Position numbers and translations under genes: made by a program. The notes under the pieces are model-generated. The model was not told where the DNA came from. It did not search any database and saw only the letters and a program-made list of their open reading frames with translations. DNA of 64,000 nt from Candidatus Obscuribacterales bacterium (GTDB taxonomy: Bacteria; Cyanobacteriota; Vampirovibrionia; Obscuribacterales; Obscuribacteraceae): contig CBDDIJ010000005.1 in the NCBI GenBank assembly GCA_965228855.1, positions 992,001 to 1,056,000 of the forward strand, given 5' to 3'. Below are positions 60,016 through 64,000 of this stretch, one piece after another. Positions within the stretch are counted from its first letter, which is position 1. Each line of letters opens with the position of its first letter.

Positions 60016-61092
60016 TTAGTTCTGTCCCCAGACAACGTTTCGAATGCCCTTGCGGACAAGCATGTTGCTAGTACGCTGCATCATTCGATTGCCCATGCTT
60101 CTGCGTTTCTTCACTGGTTTCTGGGGAATCTGACCGAGCATTTCCTGTTGTTTAACGGCATTCTTATCGGCAACCTGTCCAGTATTGAGGTCCCGGAAAT
60201 TTTCGTTTTTATCATACTTCGGTCTGCCGTAGTCCACATAAGCGGCTATGTCGAACTGATTGAACGGAACGAATGGCCTCATCGCCATGCGTTCGTGCAT
60301 AATGCGATCGGTAGTTTTAAAAGCATTTTTCGTACCGGGAGGCGCTTTCATGCCCTTCTCCATGGATACGAGTTGTATCGCAGCCTGCGGATTGACGATG
60401 GTGTCAGACTGGTATGGTCGATGTTGAGCCTCATACTTCATGTCGAAACCCTGCATACGACTCCGCGCAACCATCATTTGCGGATGCTCATCGATGTGTG
60501 CTAATTGTGCATTTCGATATAGCTGTCTCTTCTGCGTAATACTATATCTGGTGTCGTGCCAGAGGTCGTCCATGCGGGCGGCGAACTCGATTTCCCGCAC
60601 GAGATCACCAGGGTTCCAGTATCCAGGCAGACAATGCAGCACAGTTCCATCTGACGATAATAGAAAGGTTTGCAGGTTATGCGGACCGGCACCATTGGTA
60701 GTGACAATCGCATTCCCGTCTGGAGCATGCTTGCCCGAGAACCCGGCATAACTTTCATTCGAGATATCTCGATAACCGCAGACTAATTCATTTTTTAAAA
60801 CGGAGAGGGCTGGTTCCTGCGAGAGCGACACGGCTCTCAAGCTATTGGCGGCACTTCAAGTCGAGCCTGACATTTGTCCGATCATTTGAATCCAGAGAAC
60901 CATTTTGTTCTCTCGTCGAGCTTCTTCCAAGGCCTGTGAGAGATTGGTATTCCAGTGAATCTCGTTGTTCACCGTGCAAATATTTTCTTTGGCTACCGCC
61001 CCCTCTATCAAGCGGGGCATCGCCAGCGCTTGCAATGGCATCGTCAATGAAGAAGCGAGCGCCAGGCTGAGCATAAATGTTTTTTTGAGCAT
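60016..61092 (-). CDS. Candidate secreted thioredoxin-fold selenoprotein (358 aa, UGA at codon 79)
   Basis: ORFs 60856-61092 and 60016-60840 share a frame and are joined by TGA-AGT-GCC-GCC-AAT-AGC; signal peptide; IHWNTNLSQALEEARRENKMVLWIQMIGQMSGST-U-SAANSLR. Confidence 0.75.
60819..60842 (-). promoter_or_regulatory. Bacterial SECIS-like hairpin
   Basis: mRNA GC-UU(bulge)-GAGAGC-[CGUGUC]-GCUCUC-GC; loop starts 23 nt after the UGA, with G at loop position 2 followed by U. Confidence 0.65.
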
Positions 61093-61250
61093 AGAGCGAC
61101 CTCATCATCGGAGCCGACCACTGCCGGCAAAAGTCCCCATATCTTGTTAAACGTAAAACCGAGACAAAAAGTTCAATCAAACCGACGATTTAAAGATTAA
61201 ATGATCAAACAGCTCGAACCCGCGCCAATACCAGTGTACTGAAATCGGCT

Positions 61251-62837
61251 CTAGTCCTCATCCTTGAAAAGTTTGCGAAAGGCCGAACCTATTTGACCGA
61301 GAAAATCAGAGAAGCGTTTCCCGAAACCTCTCTTGGGCTTCGGGCGGCCGGGACGGCCAACTTTACTCTGTGCTTTGTTTGCGGACTCCCCTCTGTGCTC
61401 GACGTTCGGAGCCTGGCTCGCTGCCACGACATCCGAATCCTGAGGATCGAGCTGTGGAATTCTTGGTCGAGTGAAGTCAGCACGTCGAACAGTCCTGTGC
61501 CGAGCGCTTAACGTCGTTTGATGAGAAGTCGGAGGTTCGGTCGGTTCATCAGAATTGAAAATAAGATCGTCAAGGTCCGCAGGGGCGTCCGGAGGAGAAG
61601 GCATTTGCTGAACTGGCTGCGGCTGATTGGCTTCGCTGCCGGGCGGCGCCAATGGAGACTGCGAGCGCCCAAAACCAAGACCACTTTTACCTTGCAAGGA
61701 TCCCATCAGACCGGACGATCGCTGTTGAGGCTCCGGAGGTCTGCCGGAGTGAGGCTGACCTGGAGGCTGAGGCGGCTCCCCTGCTGCTGTAGCTTCCTGG
61801 AACAAGGCTCCCTGAAACGATTCCGGAACTGGAGCTTCCCGATACGGCTCCTCCTGCAACGGCACATTTGGGAATGGCACTTCTTGAGCAGGCAGGTTCT
61901 GATGAGAGGAGGCTGGAACGGGATTCTGAGCCGGCAAGCCCTGATTGGACTGCGACGGCTCAACCTCGTTAAGACGCCCCAAGAGTGGATTGGCAGGAGC
62001 CTCGAATCCTAAGCCGGGGGTCAGCGATGACGCCACTCGCGGCGGAGCTGCTGACGAGGGCTTCGCCGGTACAGTGGGTTGAAACGGCCGCGGCGGAGAA
62101 GCCGGGCTCTGTGGTGTTACCTGCTGAACAGGTTTCGGCTGGGGTGGCTGAGCCGGTTGGACCGGTTGCGGCGGAGCTGCATTCGGCGGCGCGGCTGGTT
62201 GAACAGATTGCTGTGGCGACGCTGCCGGTGCAGGCACTGAGCTTTTCTGGTTCGGGACATACTTAGGCAACACCGGAAGGGGCGATTGGCCCGGTCGCGG
62301 AGTGTAAAGCGGGGCATTCTGTTGCGGTGATTGAGCCGGTGGAAGACCGAAGGCGGGCGGAGGACTAAATGATTGCGCCGGATCCGGTTGCGCGGTTTCC
62401 GCCTGCGGACCGCCCGGCAAAGAGCCAAAAGTCTGGCTGCCCGAGCGACCAAAACCATTCTGCGAAGCTGGGTCGAGCGGCTGCTTTTCGATTTTAGTCG
62501 GTTTCACGAATTCGCCGGTCGCTTGAAGTAGCGATGAGAAAGTCGTGACCTGCGGGCTTTCCTGTTGCTCATCATTCAAACTATCATGAGCACCTGAACC
62601 GAGCAGGGAGCTTAGCCCTGAGCTGGATTGAGTTACCTCGGGTGGTTCCTCGCGCGCATCCAGATTCGACGGCTGGATCTGCAACTCATCACCGGACAAG
62701 TCGGCGCCAACCTCGAAAGTTTCGTACATGAATTGGTCAGAGACATCAATCATTCGAGTGAACGGTTTTCGCCGTTTCGCTCCGCCGGCCAGCGGATTAG
62801 GCTTTTCGTTTGAGTTGTTTTGTTCGTCGTCGTTCAT
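61251..62837 (-). CDS. Pro/Gln-rich disordered protein with C-terminal amphipathic helix
   Basis: 528-aa ORF; ends KRFSDFLGQIGSAFRKLFKDED. Confidence 0.75.
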   Translation of the reverse strand: MNDDEQNNSNEKPNPLAGGAKRRKPFTRMIDVSDQFMYETFEVGADLSGDELQIQPSNLDAREEPPEVTQSSSGLSSLLGSGAHDSLNDEQQESPQVTTFSSLLQATGEFVKPTKIEKQPLDPASQNGFGRSGSQTFGSLPGGPQAETAQPDPAQSFSPPPAFGLPPAQSPQQNAPLYTPRPGQSPLPVLPKYVPNQKSSVPAPAASPQQSVQPAAPPNAAPPQPVQPAQPPQPKPVQQVTPQSPASPPRPFQPTVPAKPSSAAPPRVASSLTPGLGFEAPANPLLGRLNEVEPSQSNQGLPAQNPVPASSHQNLPAQEVPFPNVPLQEEPYREAPVPESFQGALFQEATAAGEPPQPPGQPHSGRPPEPQQRSSGLMGSLQGKSGLGFGRSQSPLAPPGSEANQPQPVQQMPSPPDAPADLDDLIFNSDEPTEPPTSHQTTLSARHRTVRRADFTRPRIPQLDPQDSDVVAASQAPNVEHRGESANKAQSKVGRPGRPKPKRGFGKRFSDFLGQIGSAFRKLFKDED

Positions 62838-62936
62838 CTAGAAAACTCAACACTTCAATCCAACATATATACGATTGCAGATTCTAGCAAGCATTCAGGC
62901 TAGCAGGTTGAATTTCCGTTGAATAAGTGGAAGAAG

Positions 62937-64000
62937 TTAAGCCGAGGGCATCAGCCAGCGTTTCCACCATGGCATTTGCGAAACCGTCAATTGCTCCGTT
63001 AGTTTGGAAAGACGATCGTTCAAAGCGGTTATCTCGGTTCCCATCTCTCTGGCGATGCGCTCGGCTTCTTCTTTGGCGGACTGTTTTTCAGTTGCACTGC
63101 AGGCGGTGGCATTTCGAAGGTCTGACTCCAGGCGTTCGATTGCTTGAGCCTGCAGCGCGATCTCGGCAAGGCGCTCATCAAGCCGAGCTTGAATAATCTT
63201 CTTCTCCTGTTGAAGCAAATCAGCCTCATCATTGAGAACAGCAATCTCAAACTCTTTCTGACGCTGGTACTCGGCGGTAAACTGAGCGATCTGGGCGAGG
63301 TCCTTATCTTTCTCTCTTTTCAGTTGAGCGGCCTCTTCCTTGAGTCTTTGAATCTCAATTTCACGTTCCTGACGCATTCTATCGATCTCGGCTTGAGCTT
63401 CGCGGCGCTCACGATCCTTCGCTTCGATCAAGTCCATCAGCGCTGCTTCCAGTTCGACAATCGCAGCTCTGTTCTTCTCATCGAACGTCGCGCGAGTCGA
63501 TAGATCTGTAATCTGCTCGCGAAGCCTGGCAACCTCGATACTATGCATCCGGTATTCTTCTTCAAGCAGGGCCTCAAGTTGCGGGATAGTCTCCTGTTCT
63601 GCTCGTTCGAGCATCACAACGGTGTCGAATTGTTGTTGCTCCATGCAAGAGATCTGCAGACGATATGCAGCCGCCTCAAACTCCAGACGCTCAGCATCCT
63701 CGGCTTTCCGTTGAAGGTCCGGCAGGAGACGTAAGCGCAAATTGCGCTCCTCAAGTTCTTCAACCAAACGTGCAGCAATCACGCGATGATCGTCGAGACG
63801 CTTGGCGAATTCCCGAGCCATAACCCTCACGACCGTCATCATCGACGGTGCGTCGGCAGCTGCGGAAATTGCCTCAACAAGCGCCTGATCGCGCAACGCT
63901 TCGCGTACGACATCATCGACAGCCGCATCGAAGAAATACGTTTCACTTCCCTGCACGTTTTTGAACAGCGCAGCATCTTCGTAGTCTTCGTAGACATCAT
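62937..64000 (-). CDS. Long coiled-coil protein ending in PWWKRW (5' partial)
   Basis: Frame stays open to the window edge (DVYEDYEDAALFKNVQ...); E/R/Q/L/A-rich heptads. Confidence 0.8.
   Translation of the reverse strand, partial: DVYEDYEDAALFKNVQGSETYFFDAAVDDVVREALRDQALVEAISAAADAPSMMTVVRVMAREFAKRLDDHRVIAARLVEELEERNLRLRLLPDLQRKAEDAERLEFEAAAYRLQISCMEQQQFDTVVMLERAEQETIPQLEALLEEEYRMHSIEVARLREQITDLSTRATFDEKNRAAIVELEAALMDLIEAKDRERREAQAEIDRMRQEREIEIQRLKEEAAQLKREKDKDLAQIAQFTAEYQRQKEFEIAVLNDEADLLQQEKKIIQARLDERLAEIALQAQAIERLESDLRNATACSATEKQSAKEEAERIAREMGTEITALNDRLSKLTEQLTVSQMPWWKRWLMPSA

Noticed and set aside
60856..60858. Genome-wide TGA reassignment (code 4 or 25) as explanation for the in-frame TGA
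   Set aside because: Long conserved genes here have no internal TGA, and several (K+ channel, ybaK, MCM) end at TGA at the expected position

Overview
Chromosomal, gene-dense bacterial window (standard code 11; many genes end in TGA). Gene content and style (stand-alone atpD/atpC pair, cyanobacteria-like GyrA box and MetH, four Hanks-type Ser/Thr kinases, many TPR proteins, secreted caspase, no photosynthesis genes) suggest a non-photosynthetic Cyanobacteriota relative such as Vampirovibrionia/Obscuribacterales; this is inference. Housekeeping genes: aldehyde dehydrogenase, atpD/atpC, lysS, gyrA, ybaK, metH, methylmalonyl-CoA mutase large subunit, cystathionine beta-synthase plus gamma-lyase, pstS, and a Gld-like ABC system. 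No rRNA, tRNA, CRISPR array or transposase was recognised. Main highlights: (1) two ORFs at 60016-61092 (-) are one reading frame split by a single in-frame TGA at the redox position of a secreted thioredoxin-like fold, followed by a bacterial SECIS-like hairpin, giving a candidate unannotated selenoprotein; (2) a three-gene MNIO (DUF692) locus whose likely substrate is a membrane protein with a Cys/Gly tail, preceded by a palindrome, a small ORF and a terminator; (3) a ClpP paralog with an intact triad and a histone-like basic tail inserted between atpD and atpC.
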